Shown here piece after piece: positions 27,049 to 39,563 of a stretch of DNA of 64,000 nucleotides. This DNA comes from the human T2T-CHM13v2.0 reference genome, Homo sapiens. Where the stretch lies: the NCBI RefSeq assembly GCF_009914755.1, contig NC_060926.1. One strand, written 5' to 3'. The position numbers were made by a program, and so were the translations under genes. Each line of letters opens with the position of its first letter. Position 1 is the stretch's first letter. The notes under the pieces are model-generated. The model did no database searches. It was not told the DNA's origin and saw nothing but the letters and a program-made list of their open reading frames with translations.

Positions 27049-28617
27049 CAAATGGAAATTTTAGAATTAAAAAATACAATCAATAAAATCTGAACATTCA
27101 CTGAATCAGCTTAGTAGCAGAATAGAAATGGGATAGGAAGGAATCAATAAACTTAAAGATGGATGAATAGAAATTACCAATTTAAACAATAGACAGCAAA
27201 AAAGAATATGGTCTCAGAGACCTATGGGACACTACCCACAGGTCTAACTAACACCCATGTCACTGAAGTCACAGAAAATGAAAAGAAAGAGATTGGAGCA
27301 GAAAAAGAATATTTGAAGAAATGATAGCCGAATACCTTCCAAATTTAACAAAAGTCATAAACTGACAAGTTTAAGAAGCTCAGCAAATATCAAGCAGTAA
27401 AATAAAAAACAAAAACAAAATTAAGAAGAACCATATGTAGATACATCATAATAAAATGGTTGAAAACCAAAGACACAGGAAAAAAATTGAAATCAGCTAG
27501 AGGGAAACAAAACATTACATATTTGAATGATTCAACAATTTGAATACCTTTAGATTTCTAATTAGAAAGCATGGAGGTCAGAATAGTAAAACGGTACTTT
27601 TGAAGTGCTGATAAATAAGGAACTGTCAACTCAGAATTTTAAATCCAGTAAAACTATCTCTCAGGAATAAATGTAAAATAAAGAGATTATCAAAAAAAGA
27701 GAGAGTAAGTTGGCGGCATGCCTGTTCTAAAAGAAATGCTAAAGGAGCCGCTTCAAGAAGGAAGATGATACCAGAGAAAACTGTGGAACTTCAGAAATGA
27801 GGGAAGAGCAAATGACGAGGTAAAATCGAGATAAATGTATTATTTTTATTCTTTTAAGTTCTTGAAAATATGCTTGACTGTTGAAAGCAAAAAAGAATAA
27901 CACTTTGATGGGGTTTTCAGTGAAGGTATGTGTAATACATAATAACAGTTACAGGACAAAAGGGTCGTGCAAAGGACCTACATAGTTAAAGATTTATATG
28001 TTCCACTTAAAGAGGTAAAATATCAACTCTAAGTAGACCATGAAAAATTAGGCATTAATGTTGTAATCTTTAGAGCTATCAATAAAAAGTCTACTCAAAG
28101 AAATACATTTGAAAAACAATAGATAGGTTTTAAATTTTCAAATAATCCAAAAGTGGGCATAAAAGGGAAAGAGAGGAGAACAAAACAGAAAGCAAAAGAT
28201 GGGAGAAAAACAGGCCAAAAATAAAATGGAAGACCTAAATCCAAACATGTCAAAAATTACATTAAAATAAATGGTCAAACTACAATAAGGAAAGAGATTG
28301 CTGGATTAGAGAGTAAAAACAAGACACAACTGTAAGTCGGGTACTGAAACCCACTTCAAATATAATAATATAAAAAAGTGAAAGGATACAAAAAGATATA
28401 CCATGTAAATACTAATCAAAAGAAAGTTGGGCAATGTTTGTCTTGTTCCAAAGTTTATCTTTTCTGCATCCCAATTTTGGTAATGTTTACACAATTTTAT
28501 GTATTTATTAATATAGAACCATACATAAACAATTAATTTTTGTGCATGCAAATTTAAAAAATAAATTAAAAACCTACTTATAGTTCTGCCTTCTTAATTT
28601 ACTTCTTTGTACACTCT

Positions 28618-28790
28618 ATGGTTGGCCTCCATATCTGTGGAATTCAACCAGCCTCAGATTGAAAATACCTATACTGTATGTCCAAGGAACTCATGGATAT
28701 AGAGGGCTGACTGGAGGACTTGAGCATCCAAGAATTTTGGTATTTGTGGAAGGTCCTGGAACCCATACCTCAGGGATGACTGAATACTGT
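28618..28790. mobile_element. MER2-like Tigger non-autonomous element
   Basis: gttggcctccatatctgtgga...gacttgagcatcc...ttttggtat...gtcctggaacc. Confidence 0.7.
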
Positions 28791-28909
28791 ATAATCCAAA
28801 GCATGAACTTTCTAAATTCTAAATAAATCTTTTACAATCACACGATCCATCCTACGTATGAAAAAAAAATGTTGATTTTAAATTCAAAGTTCAATATTGC
28901 AATTCCATC

Positions 28910-29405
28910 TACAATTAGGAACAGTATTCATCTGCTTGGAACAGAAACTCAAATTAACAGTGGTTTACAGAAATTATGGAATTATTTTTGCATTCACCTA
29001 AAAGAACACTAGAGGTGGGCAGCCCCAGGCTGCATGAACCACCTGGATGATAGTGGTACATGATACCTTCAGTGTCTCAGGCTTACACTATTACTGTGGT
29101 TTGCAATCCTCATAACTACTTCCATCCTCAAGGCCATCCATGGTCACAGGACGGCTACTGCTATATAGCCTTCAGGTCCACGTACAAGGAAGCAGAAGGA
29201 GCAGGTGAAGCAGAGAGAGCAAAGAGCCTTTCTGGAAGTTACATCAACAAATTCCACTCTCCCTCCCACTGACCACCTCTTTCTGCAGAGGAGTCTGGGA
29301 AACGTGGTTTTAAAAGCTACACTCACTGTCATTCTCAACAGCACAGAGGTCTTGTTAAGTGAGGAGAAAAAAGGGATAGAGAATTACTGGGTAGGCAAAT
29401 GATAG
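28910..29405 (-). mobile_element. MaLR LTR (MLT1J/K-like)
   Basis: aacagaaactcaaattaacagtggttta...agaggtgggcagccccaggctg...caggacggctactgct antisense MLT1 motifs. Confidence 0.6.
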
Positions 29406-29775
29406 TCTAGTTGTTTAAACCACTAGCCACAAATCTGGTACTAACTTTTTGGATATTCTTATTTTAGAAAAGCAATTCAAGTCAGGGGAATTCAACATGA
29501 AAAAAAATAGACAGCAATGAATTTCATTCATGTATTTATAAAACTAGAACCATGTTTGTAATACTTCTGTGAAAGGCAGAATATGACAGTTATTACAAAC
29601 ACAGTTGTTTGAATACATACTAACAAGCACATCATATCTCAAAATTATGGCATCATTCTATCTTTAGGATTCCAAGATAATATGTTTGAGCTAAGTCCAA
29701 CTGGATTTAAAAACGGATGCTTCTAGACCAGAAAAAGAAAAGCAGAAAGACATGTGTTTTTAAGCTGAGCCTTAC

Positions 29776-29906
29776 TTCTTCATGAGAGGTTTTTGCCTGC
29801 TGACCCTGTTCCGGTAGCTTAGATGCAGGCGGTGATGAAAGGTCATTTCACAACTTCACATGTTCCAGATGGTGCCTCTTTGGAAAGAATCTCTTTCTGG
29901 TAAAAG
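29776..29906 (-). other. Candidate non-coding or poison exon (131 nt)
   Basis: gtttctttttctag| ... GAA|gtaagg; stops in all three frames. Confidence 0.3.
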
Positions 29907-30754
29907 CTAGAAAAAGAAACTTCTCACTACTTACTGCTTTTAGCATTTTGTTTCCTGCCAACATGAAAACAAGCCCCGATGATGGGACAAGACATTTTCT
30001 CGTAATGTAATTGTATCCTTCGAAACACAGTGGTGTAGAAAACACAAGGGGACGCAAAACTGAAAGGAAGAAAGCTGTATCCAAGGCTAGGCTTTTCTGA
30101 TAACCAGCCATTCAAACTCCTACAAGTTATTTCCCTTTAGCTTCTGCTACTCTGGACAGCTTCTGCACATTTTAGAAGAATTCTCAATTTTCTTCCTTTT
30201 TAAAATGAAGCCTAGAGTACAGTGACTTGTCCAAGACTCAGAAGCAGAACAGGAACCCAGATCTCCTGACTTTCAGGGAAGGTCCTTTTCCATCTCACCA
30301 AATGGATGATGCTTTTATGTCTAAGAAACCCATAGTCTTCACTTAAATGTCTTCGGCTTCTCTGAAGAAAAAAGAAGACTGAAAAGTGAGGTTAAGAGAC
30401 CAACATGCTGGTCCCAGATCTGTCACCAACTAGCTATGGGACTTTAGGGTTCAGTTCCTCAGATGTAAAATGAGAGGGCTGTCCCAGACTAGGGAGAGTG
30501 CTGATGCCCACATGTATCTGGCCCTGAACTTTGTCAGATATTTTACATCACAGCAGGAACTGTTCTTGGATCACCTTCTTAGGAAATGTGATCAGTGCTT
30601 CCCAACATTTCAAGTCAGGACACATAAATAAAATGAAGATATTAACATTCTACAGTGGCAAAAATGGAAGTGGATGCTTGGAGCTGCAGGTGAATCTACC
30701 TGGGTGCAAGAAGGCTGAGGGGAAACCAGTGTCTCAGTGCATCTGTAAACTCAC

Positions 30755-30892
30755 CTGCTGTACACTGCTGGGAAGTGGGGGCTAAGTGGGAGTTCAGATT
30801 TTTAATGTTTTGGTAGCAGTCTGGAACCTGTAGCTTTACAGTTTTTGTCAGAGCCAACTCTGCATGGGGAGATTCCCCCAGGACCTCTGCTG
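30755..30892 (-). other. Candidate exon (138 nt, NAGNAG acceptor)
   Basis: tttcccttcctccccaactcaccatccag|cagcag ... CAG|gtgagt; one frame open. Confidence 0.3.
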
Positions 30893-32814
30893 CTGGATGG
30901 TGAGTTGGGGAGGAAGGGAAATACGGGACTGGGGTGAAGGTGGCAACTGGAAGAGCTGAAGAGACTCAATACAGTGTGAGAGTAGACAGAAAAGTTGTCA
31001 ACCCTCACCAAGACAAGGAGAATGAGACAGGCCTCATGCTCCCCATTTATACTAATCACTCCTCCTATTTAGATCACTGGCTGCCTCTTTACAACTCCCT
31101 TTCCCTTAAACAGTCTTTTAGTATTTTCTGTTCACTTCAGATGGATTTCATCTGGGTAAGAATTTTGGCCTATGAAGCACTATAGGATGTGTTCGGTATC
31201 TCAGCAACAAGAGATGCCTTGGTGTGGGCCAGTCAGTACTTACAGGCTTAGATAAATACCCAGTGCTCATGGAAAGACATACAGTCTAGAAACAGCATGC
31301 TTTTCATATTTTATATGAGATGAAAGAGAGAAGGAAGACATGGGATCATAATCTGGAGGAACGAGGCTCTTAGTAACTAGAAAGTTCAAAGCACTAGATT
31401 ATTTCTATTCTCTTTCCTTGAACTAAGCAAGCTTTTAGAAAAGAAAAGAAATATAACACAAACTCACTGACACCAGGGATTTATTCAGCCAAGCAATTTC
31501 CAGAGGCTATCCTGGAATCATTTCACATTCAGCTCAATACTCTGTATCTTCCACATTCATATCTTTTGTCCTATACAATGATAATTGATGGTCAGCATTA
31601 CAGCCCTGAAGTCTTGCAACACACTGAATCATCAAAGGGAGATTCAATTATATTCATAAGACTGGATGTGCCATAGCAGCAAAGGGGACTTGGAGATTGA
31701 GAAGGGTTGAAGCAAAAGATTTTCTGGTTAACTCTTAGTAAGCCAAAATTAACTGAAAAAGTTTCAGCTCTATGCAATATACTGGTTGATGGAGAAATAC
31801 TTTAATATTTGAATGTGCACAAAGAGGAACATTTATAATTTTATAACCAACTCAGCAGCAATGTTATTGGAAGAAGATTTTCTATTTTTGCCCAGTAGAA
31901 AGTAATCCTAAACATCTTTTCATGGGAGCCATCTTTTATTGTCAGTAATTTTGCATAATTAAAAATATCTCTTAGGGTTATTTTTGCTTGGTTATTTTAG
32001 AAAACTATGAAATACAAAAGCAAAAGGATGAGGAAGATCTTCTGGGAATTCTACCATTGGAAATTCCAAAGTAATTGCTAATATTTTGGTCAATATCATT
32101 GTAATGTTCTTTCATCTATACATATTAATACATTTCTAAGTTTCTTAAAACACTTGTATAGGTAAATTTTCACCTACCTTTTCACTTATTACATTTGAAT
32201 ATCTTTCCATGTATTCAAAATTCTTTTACAGTGTAAGTTTTAATGGTTGTAGAATATTCTGTCATACAGGTTTCAGAATTTAGCTGTTCCCCATTGTTGA
32301 AGACAAGATTTGTTATTCATTTATCTTTCTCGCAAACACTATTGTAATAGCCTATACCTCAGGCTTTGTTTACTTCCATAGAGACCCAATACCTAGCACA
32401 ATGCCTGGTATGCTGTAGGCCCTGGGTAAACAGACAGTGAATAAATTAATGATTTCCTCAGCATACTTTCCAGAAGAGAACTGATACATACAAGACCATA
32501 CATATATGATATGTAATACTAAAATGCCCCCAGAAATATTGAACCAATTAATACTCCTGGCAGCACTGTGTGTATGTGTCCAGAATAAGTATTACTTTTA
32601 AATAACAACAACAAAGTCATTAGTTGATTATCAAATTCTGAGTAAGCATCAAAACATCAGTGGGAATGTTTGGGAAGATGTCAGGGCAACTCTGGAATGA
32701 TATTTCTTCCTTGAACTGGTGAACATCCCATATAATTTACACTGCTCTCAGTTAGTTACCCTAAGGTTAAATGGTATACTCGAGATGAGAGTTTTTCCTG
32801 TGCTTTATTTAAAT

Positions 32815-33016
32815 TGGGGACTGGTAAAATGTCACCTACTGTCTGTTTTGTAAATAAAGTTTAATTGGAACACAGCCAACCCGTTGCTTACATGTTGTCT
32901 ACAGCTGCTTTTATGCTACAATGGCAGAGGTGAATAGTTGCAACAGAGACCGTCTGGCTGACAAAGCCTAAAATACTTATTATCTGACCCTTTACAAATA
33001 ACATTTGTCAACTTCT
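32815..33016 (+). mobile_element. MER58A (hAT-Charlie)
   Basis: gtaaataaagtttaattggaacacagcca...gttgcaacagagaccgtctggc...aaagcctaaaata. Confidence 0.8.
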
Positions 33017-33064
33017 TTAAAAGAGCACTTCTTAAAAAATGAAACTAACGCTACACCATAATAA

Positions 33065-33430
33065 ATCAGCTAACAAGCATTTATTGAACACTGTGAGGCA
33101 TGGTGTCTACTCTCAAGGAACTTGAAATATAATTGTGGAGTAAAGCAAATACAAATGTAAAAATTAGCCGAAAAAGGTACCGTGGCATTAGGAGTCGAGT
33201 ACTGTAATGAAGTGAACAAGTAGTGAAAGATTTCAGAGACAGGAGGGAAAAGGTGGGATTGGAAAAATGGCAAGATGTCACTGAGACACAGAACTTGAAT
33301 TAGGCTATGAATGAAAAGAAGGGCTTGGATAAAACAAAGCAGACAGAGCAGACTGTTCTGGAATGAAGAGCATGGGCAGAAGCAAAGAAGTGGGGCTCTG
33401 CACAGTGTGGAGATACCAGGTGGGACTCCA
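33065..33430 (-). mobile_element. L2 fragment
   Basis: aacaagcatttattgaacact start; antisense L2-like body. Confidence 0.55.
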
Positions 33431-34276
33431 TCCAAAATGCTGGCGGACTAGCACATCAGAAGCATGCTATGTGGTACAGTATGAAAGCAAAGTGTATCCA
33501 TGATCTGTGTATTTCAAAGGCATTCATTTTCCATGTAAAGAAGCCCTAAAATACATTTTTTACTTAAGCAAAAAAAAACTCTCATAAAGCAAATTAATAT
33601 TGTACGCTCTCTTCCTACAGTGCATATTATCTTTCATCTCCTCACTTCTGATTCTAATTAGAGTTCTATTTCTTCAAAAACTTGAATGCTGATGTAAAAA
33701 CTAAAGTGAAAGATTAGGAAGACTAGAAAGAAAATAAGATCAGTATCATAATACAACAAACAAAAGCACAAAAGGACAGGCAAACTGATGTTCATCACTT
33801 AATATTTGCCAAAGCTTCCTAACAACACATTTTTCTGAATCAGTTAAAAATACAGTATCTGCTTATTTTCTAGTCCCTTGCATCCAAGCTAACAAATGCC
33901 ATTGTAAAATTCATGTCTTTATTTTTTGTTGTGGTGTATGCATTTTAAAATTCAAAATGTTTTTTAAAGCTTGGAAAGAAAGATGTATTTATAGTATGGC
34001 AATTATTATTCAACTCATCTTTACTTAGAAGCACACTTTTACATGCTACAGGTGAGGTGAGATGGATACAACATTAAATATATTCTTTCTCAATGTCTTA
34101 TATGTAAAGGTACAGGTAAAGATGGCCTTTTGGGAAAATGTGGAGCATGGGAGAAACGTTTTCCTCCTTTTCCAAGCATAGCTCCTTCATTCCAAGGTAG
34201 TAACAATGACATCTGCCATCAGATTACCCAGACATCAAGTGACACAGAAGCAAGGCTTATATAGCACTGTCACAGT

Positions 34277-34561
34277 TTTAACATTTTAGTTTCAGGGGTA
34301 CATGTGCAGGTATTTTATATAGATAAACTGAATGTCACAGGGGTTCAGTGTACAGATTATTTCTTTATCCAGATAGTAAGCATAGTACTTGATAGGTAGT
34401 TTTTCGATCCTCTCCCTCCTCCCACCCTCCACCCTCAAGTAGGCCCTGCTGTCTGTTGTGCCCCAATTTGTGTCTATGTGTTCTCAATGTTGAGCTTCTA
34501 TTTGTAAGTGAGAGCATGTGGTGTTTGGCTTTCTGTTCCTGTGTTAATTTGCTTAGGATAA
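34277..34561 (-). mobile_element. L1PA15/16-like 3' end
   Basis: ttcaggggtacatgtgcagg...cctcccaccctccaccctcaagtaggccc...gtaagtgagagcatgtgg. Confidence 0.85.
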
Positions 34562-36099
34562 GATTTCACAGCAGTTTTAAATGAAGGGTACATTAATAAA
34601 TAAATTTATCAAAAATGCCACCACAGCATTTTTGATCTCAATATAAAATGTAGCAGGCATTCCTCCCAGCACACACAGGTTAAAGACTGCATCATCGGTT
34701 CAGTCCATGATTTTTCTGTTGACACACATCTGGTGAATACAATGTGCTGAAGCAATACAAAACTAAAACAAGGCTTTTGATGGAAGAGGTCTAAGAATCA
34801 TAACATACTGAGTGTGTCAGAGGAAGTCACTCGTGCTTTTTCACTAAAAGAAGCTTTACAGGTGGGTGGGTGGAAGGGGATGGAGAACAGTTCACACTCT
34901 CCATCTCATCCTGACCTGGGACCTCCTTCCTGTTTCCTTGGCTGGTGCCAGCATTTCCATCTTTCTTACCCACTTCTGCCATGTTGAAGCTCAGCTGGGC
35001 ATTGTATCCCTGGAGGAACAGTGGACAGAGCAGGGGCTTTCCTCTTTTGAGGCACCTACGTAGACAGACTCACTCTCTCTACTCAGAAAATAACTGTCCC
35101 TGGTGCCAGGTTTTGGAAGTTGAAATGTTTTGAGCTAATGCCTCCTGTGATTCCCGATGGCCTACTGTTTAATTGTGTAATTATAGACAGTTAAAAATGC
35201 ATGATATGTGATGGTGAGAAAATAGTTGGTGCTTCGGGAGCCATTATGGATTACAGTTTTTGAAAATTTAAAACAATGCAATATTTATATAGACTTGGCT
35301 GCACTGAGTTATTATGCAAATGCCACATCCCACTCTAGGGCCAGCATTCCTCCCCGGAAACGAAGAAAGGCAGATGAGAATCAGGAGAGATGCCACAGTG
35401 ACCACATGGTTGGGACAACGAGCATCTTGAGTGTCCAGCTGCAGGATACCCTGTGAGTTTCTGTGCCTCAGTGATGTCTGTGCCTCTCTTTAAGTGGTGT
35501 TAAGAAAACCCAGTCAACAATATCTAAATAATTATTTGACAGTTGCTCAGATTCGCTGTAAGAGAATTATATGAGCTTTCTTCTTATGGCCACTTGCATA
35601 TTAGACAGGGCCAAAAAAAAATCACACCAAGCCAAAAGTACGTTAGGTATTCCCAGAGTCAAAGCATTGGCTTAGCAACTATTTATAGGCTACACAGCTT
35701 CCTTGAAGGTTTGATCCACTCAGGGGCTTGCTCAGCAATGGCCTATCTGGTCTATGGACAGCAATGGAACTGGAGTAATCAGGGGTGTGCTGGGGACTGA
35801 GGAGAATGGTATCAGTAAAACCAAATGGTTGTGACACAAGACTTAACAGTTGGCTAAAACCTGAAGCTCTGGTGAAATATTATTCATATAGGGTCCTTGT
35901 ACTTATGCCCTACAAGAACTAGGATTGATTCCAAATTGTTTGTAAACCTAAGTTAAAAGCAATGGATTGGCATGGATCACGTATCTTACCAGACAGGAAG
36001 TTATCAGGGTGGTGGTAGGTGCTGGTGACCAAGGCATAGACTGAATTCTGCAGGGAGTACAATATACAAACAGTGTGTGTGAATGAAAAAGAAACTCTC

Positions 36100-36650
36100 A
36101 CTGTTCATTCATTCACTCGTTCATTCTTTTTTCATCCGTGTGTTTGTTTCTTCTGTCATTCACTGAGTCACCGCAATCTAAGGTGATCCCACTATGTGTC
36201 AGGATTTGTGCTAAGTGCTGAGGATATAGCACTGATCTTTGATTTCAGTTCTAGGAATTCACAGTCAATTGAGGAAGAAAGGCAGAAGAACTTTGTTTCT
36301 GACTATCAGAGATATATAAAAGAACAACTCTGGTGAGTTCAGAGGATCTTGTGTAACTGCCTGGAGGAGTCAGAAATGACACCTAAGAGAATGTGAACAT
36401 TGAGATGGTATCAGAAGGATGATTAGGAGTTTCTGAGCACAGAAAACGGGGAAGGCATCCGTGGCAGAGGCTACAGTGTTCAACAATGCATGGAAGCATG
36501 AAAGAACACAGTGTTTTGGAGAACTCACACGTTATCCAGGGTGGCTGGATAAGGAAAAAGAAGTTGAGGGAGAGGAATGTGGCCAGGGAACCATGCACAT
36601 GCCTGGGAATGGGCCTTGAATGTCACAGTAAAGAAAATGAAACAGATCTG
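36100..36650 (-). mobile_element. L2 3' region
   Basis: tcattcattcactc...actatgtgtcagg...tgtgctaagtgctgaggata. Confidence 0.7.
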
Positions 36651-36769
36651 GAATGAATGGTGTACAGTTTCATCTTGGGACCTGCCATCATCATTTAGTG
36701 TAATGACATCATAGAAGTATTCACCATGTGCAGAGCAAATATATACATGCAAGAAACAAAATATCATGG

Positions 36770-36950
36770 ATAGTTAACATTCAGACAGGCTTATTTTCAA
36801 ATCTGGATTCTATTTACTGTGTGACCTAGAGCAAGCTTCTGAAACCAGCAGAATCTCCATTTCCTCACCTGTAAAACATGGATGACACATATATGGTGGG
36901 CTTGATTTCATGAATAAATGGGATACAGTGAGGAAATGCTTCACTAAATG
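36770..36950 (+). mobile_element. MIR
   Basis: tttactgtgtgacctagagcaag...tttcctcacctgtaaaa core. Confidence 0.65.
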
Positions 36951-37312
36951 TCTTCACCAGGCTCTGAATCTCATTCTTGCTTCACTAACCTTAAGCACAT
37001 CGAAATGGTATAAGCTTCTGAGCTTTGGTTCCAAAAGTTCAGTCTCACCTCTGCCTTTCAACTGAAATAAACTTCATACATCAAGCTTTCCACTACTGAA
37101 AGCCTCCTCTTTCAAGAGACTTACAGCCACCATTCATGACCTCAGCATCAGGACACAGAACATCCTACATGCTTAGCTGATACACTTAGGCATATGTTTA
37201 CATGTTCCCCTCAAAAATTTCAAATCGTTTTTCATATAGAGAGACTTCATCGCCTTAAGTGGAAGGATAATGTTGAAGGTTCACAGTAAATCCAAATATG
37301 ATCTTGCTGATT

Positions 37313-37530
37313 ACAAAGTTTAACAAAGTTTTTATTAAAGGGCCTGATGTTTAATATTTTAAGCTTTGTAGGCCACATAGGTAGGTCTCCTGCATATTCT
37401 TCTTCTTTTATAACAATTATTTAAAAATATAAAAACCATTTCTTAGCTAGTTGGTAATACAAAAACAGTCAGGGTGGGGAGATGGGAAGGGTAGTTTTGG
37501 CCTGCAAACTGTAGTTTGCTTACCCTTGGA
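37313..37530. mobile_element. MER58-family hAT element
   Basis: taaagggcc...aatattttaagctttgtaggccacata...ttggcctgcaaactgtagtttgc. Confidence 0.7.
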
Positions 37531-38132
37531 TTAGGAAAATAACATAACAGTATTTGATAGAGCTCATAACATACTGCTTCAGAGGAAGCAATGGCTAAAA
37601 CATAGTACTGCTAAGAAGTCCCCAAAGTGTGTGAGGCTCTCTTAGTAAGCATCAGGCACCTACCACCTGCAGCAACATTTTAGAGATGATGCAGCATTTA
37701 ATAGAATCACAAAGCAGTAATGGTCTAGGTTGACTTTAAATTGTTTTGGTATTCTAAAAAATAAAATAAAGAAACTTCATAATAAGTATGGCAATTTTTT
37801 AAACAGTGAAACAGATACATAACCACACACAACATATATACACACACAAAAATAAAATGTGCAAGATTTTTAACAGTGCTTATTTCTGGGTAATGGGATT
37901 GACTGGGGGAAGTTAAAATGTTTTTCATACTGTTAGAGTTTGAGGTAGCATAAAAAAAAGCTGCCAGTTCCTTTTGGTCTGGTCTTGGAATCAACTGAAA
38001 GAGATATGTCAGGTAAATGCAGAATCAAATATGGCCTGTATAAGTGATGTGGCAGTTAGAGCATGTGTTATAGGTCCTTGAGTGGGCAAGCTGGCTAATT
38101 AATTCATCGCTGGTTTCCATAAACTGGCTCAC

Positions 38133-38175
38133 CCTTGGAGAACTGCAGGTCTTCGCTGCAGCAGCAGGACCCCTC
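38133..38175 (-). other. Candidate exon (43 nt)
   Basis: tctcatctttcctctgctgtacag| ... AAGG|gtgagc; GC-rich relative to the flanks. Confidence 0.3.
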
Positions 38176-38744
38176 CTGTACAGCAGAGGAAAGATGAGAA
38201 TACACAGACCACAGTGAAAACTAGAACCAGATGTCACTCCCTACCCTGGGGACAAGTAGATGAGAAAAGGTAAAGGAAGCCAAGAGTCCATTACATTGGT
38301 AATAAGGGTCCCCCAACATGCACTGATTTACCACAGATAAGAACCAACCAGGAAGTGCAAAAATTCCCAAGAGATTGAACAATCAATACTTGCTACCAGA
38401 ATCTTCTTCTCTCAGTAGTTTCTAGTTAAAGAACTGCTACTTCTGTGTGACTTTGGATCAATCAGTTCACAGCTCTAACTCATGGTTTTCATGAGCAAGT
38501 TGTAGGAGCTGCACTAAAAGGTCTATTGAAGTCCTCTTCCGCCATTCTTTGTCAATTACTGAGCTCTACTGCATACCAGGTGCTACCCGTGCTCTGGGAA
38601 TACAGTTTTGGACAAGATAAACTCAGCTGAGAAGTTTTCATTTTAGTGGAGAAAATATCTAAACAAACAGCTATTTTTATCTGATGCCCAGCTCTATTCC
38701 ATTTTCCTTCTGAAGCAAAGTAAAATACCACATTAAAGAAATTT

Positions 38745-39050
38745 GAGGCAGAAGTGACTCACACCGGTAATCTCCGCACTATGGGAGAACGAGGTAGGAG
38801 GATCACTTGAGCCCAGGAGTTTGTCACCAGCCAGGGCAAAATAAGTAAGACCTTATCTCTACAAAAAAATCTTTAAAAATTAACCGGGCATGGTGGTGTG
38901 TGTCTATAGTCCCAGCAACTCAAGAGGCTGAGGTGGGAGGATCGCCTGAGCCTAGGAATTCAATGCTGCAGAGAGCTATGATCATGCCACTGCACTCCAG
39001 CCTGAGTGACAGAGCAAGACCTTATCTCTAAAATTATAAATAAAAAAAAA
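38745..39050 (+). mobile_element. AluJ (Jo/Jr)
   Basis: ggaggatcacttgagcccaggag, gagctatgatcatgccactg; A tail. Confidence 0.9.
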
Positions 39051-39509
39051 TTTCTGATCCATTAACATTATTTTGCTTAATTTTCTCAAAAATACCAGTA
39101 GAGAGATCATACATGTTTTATAACAACATAAGAAATAAAACTAACTTTTCATGTGTGTATCAGCCTGGGAAACAACTACTAAAGAGGAAAGAGAAAACCG
39201 GATTTGTTGAAAGTTTAGGGAACATTGGGGGCAAGAAGGAGATCTGAGATGATTTTAGACACGAACATTTTATATTTCCATGCATCATCTATAATACAGG
39301 TATATACTTGCCAAACAGCAATGCTATCATGTTGACATTGCTTGAGTAAATTTTTAAAAATCTAGAAAAGTGATTTTTAGATGAGGGAGTGTGAGAAGCA
39401 GAAACCAAGGAGAATTCTCAGACACAGAACTTGTTAAAACACCTCATCTTGAGATCTATTAATCTCTGAGTTTAATTAAAAGTCTGAATGAACAAACTTA
39501 TTTTATCTG

Positions 39510-39563
39510 ATTTGGTTTTCCTTCTGATACCAAGTTCCATTTGGTTTTCCTTCTGATACCAAG
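39510..39563. repeat. Perfect 25-bp direct repeat with 4-bp spacer
   Basis: atttggttttccttctgataccaag at 39510-39534 and 39539-39563. Confidence 0.95.

Larger units (their letters stand above)
25288..28565 (+). mobile_element. Ancient L1M element (5'UTR, ORF1 region, ORF2 start joined to the 3' end), interrupted by an LTR and an AluJ
   Basis: A-rich ORF1-like sequence (atatttgaagaaatgatagccgaa, ccagtaaaactatctctcagg), endonuclease-region sequence (aaagatataccatgtaaatactaatcaaaagaaag), L1M-type 3' end, candidate TSD ttaaaaacc(c/t)ac. Confidence 0.78.

Noticed and set aside
34608-34636. 11-bp inverted repeat atcaaaaatgc/gcatttttgat with a 7-nt loop
   Set aside because: Short, AT-rich and too small for a precursor RNA; chance is plausible.
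35314-35321. Octamer ATGCAAAT motifs (also 5993 and 54284)
   Set aside because: The count is about what AT-rich 64 kb gives by chance; no independent support.
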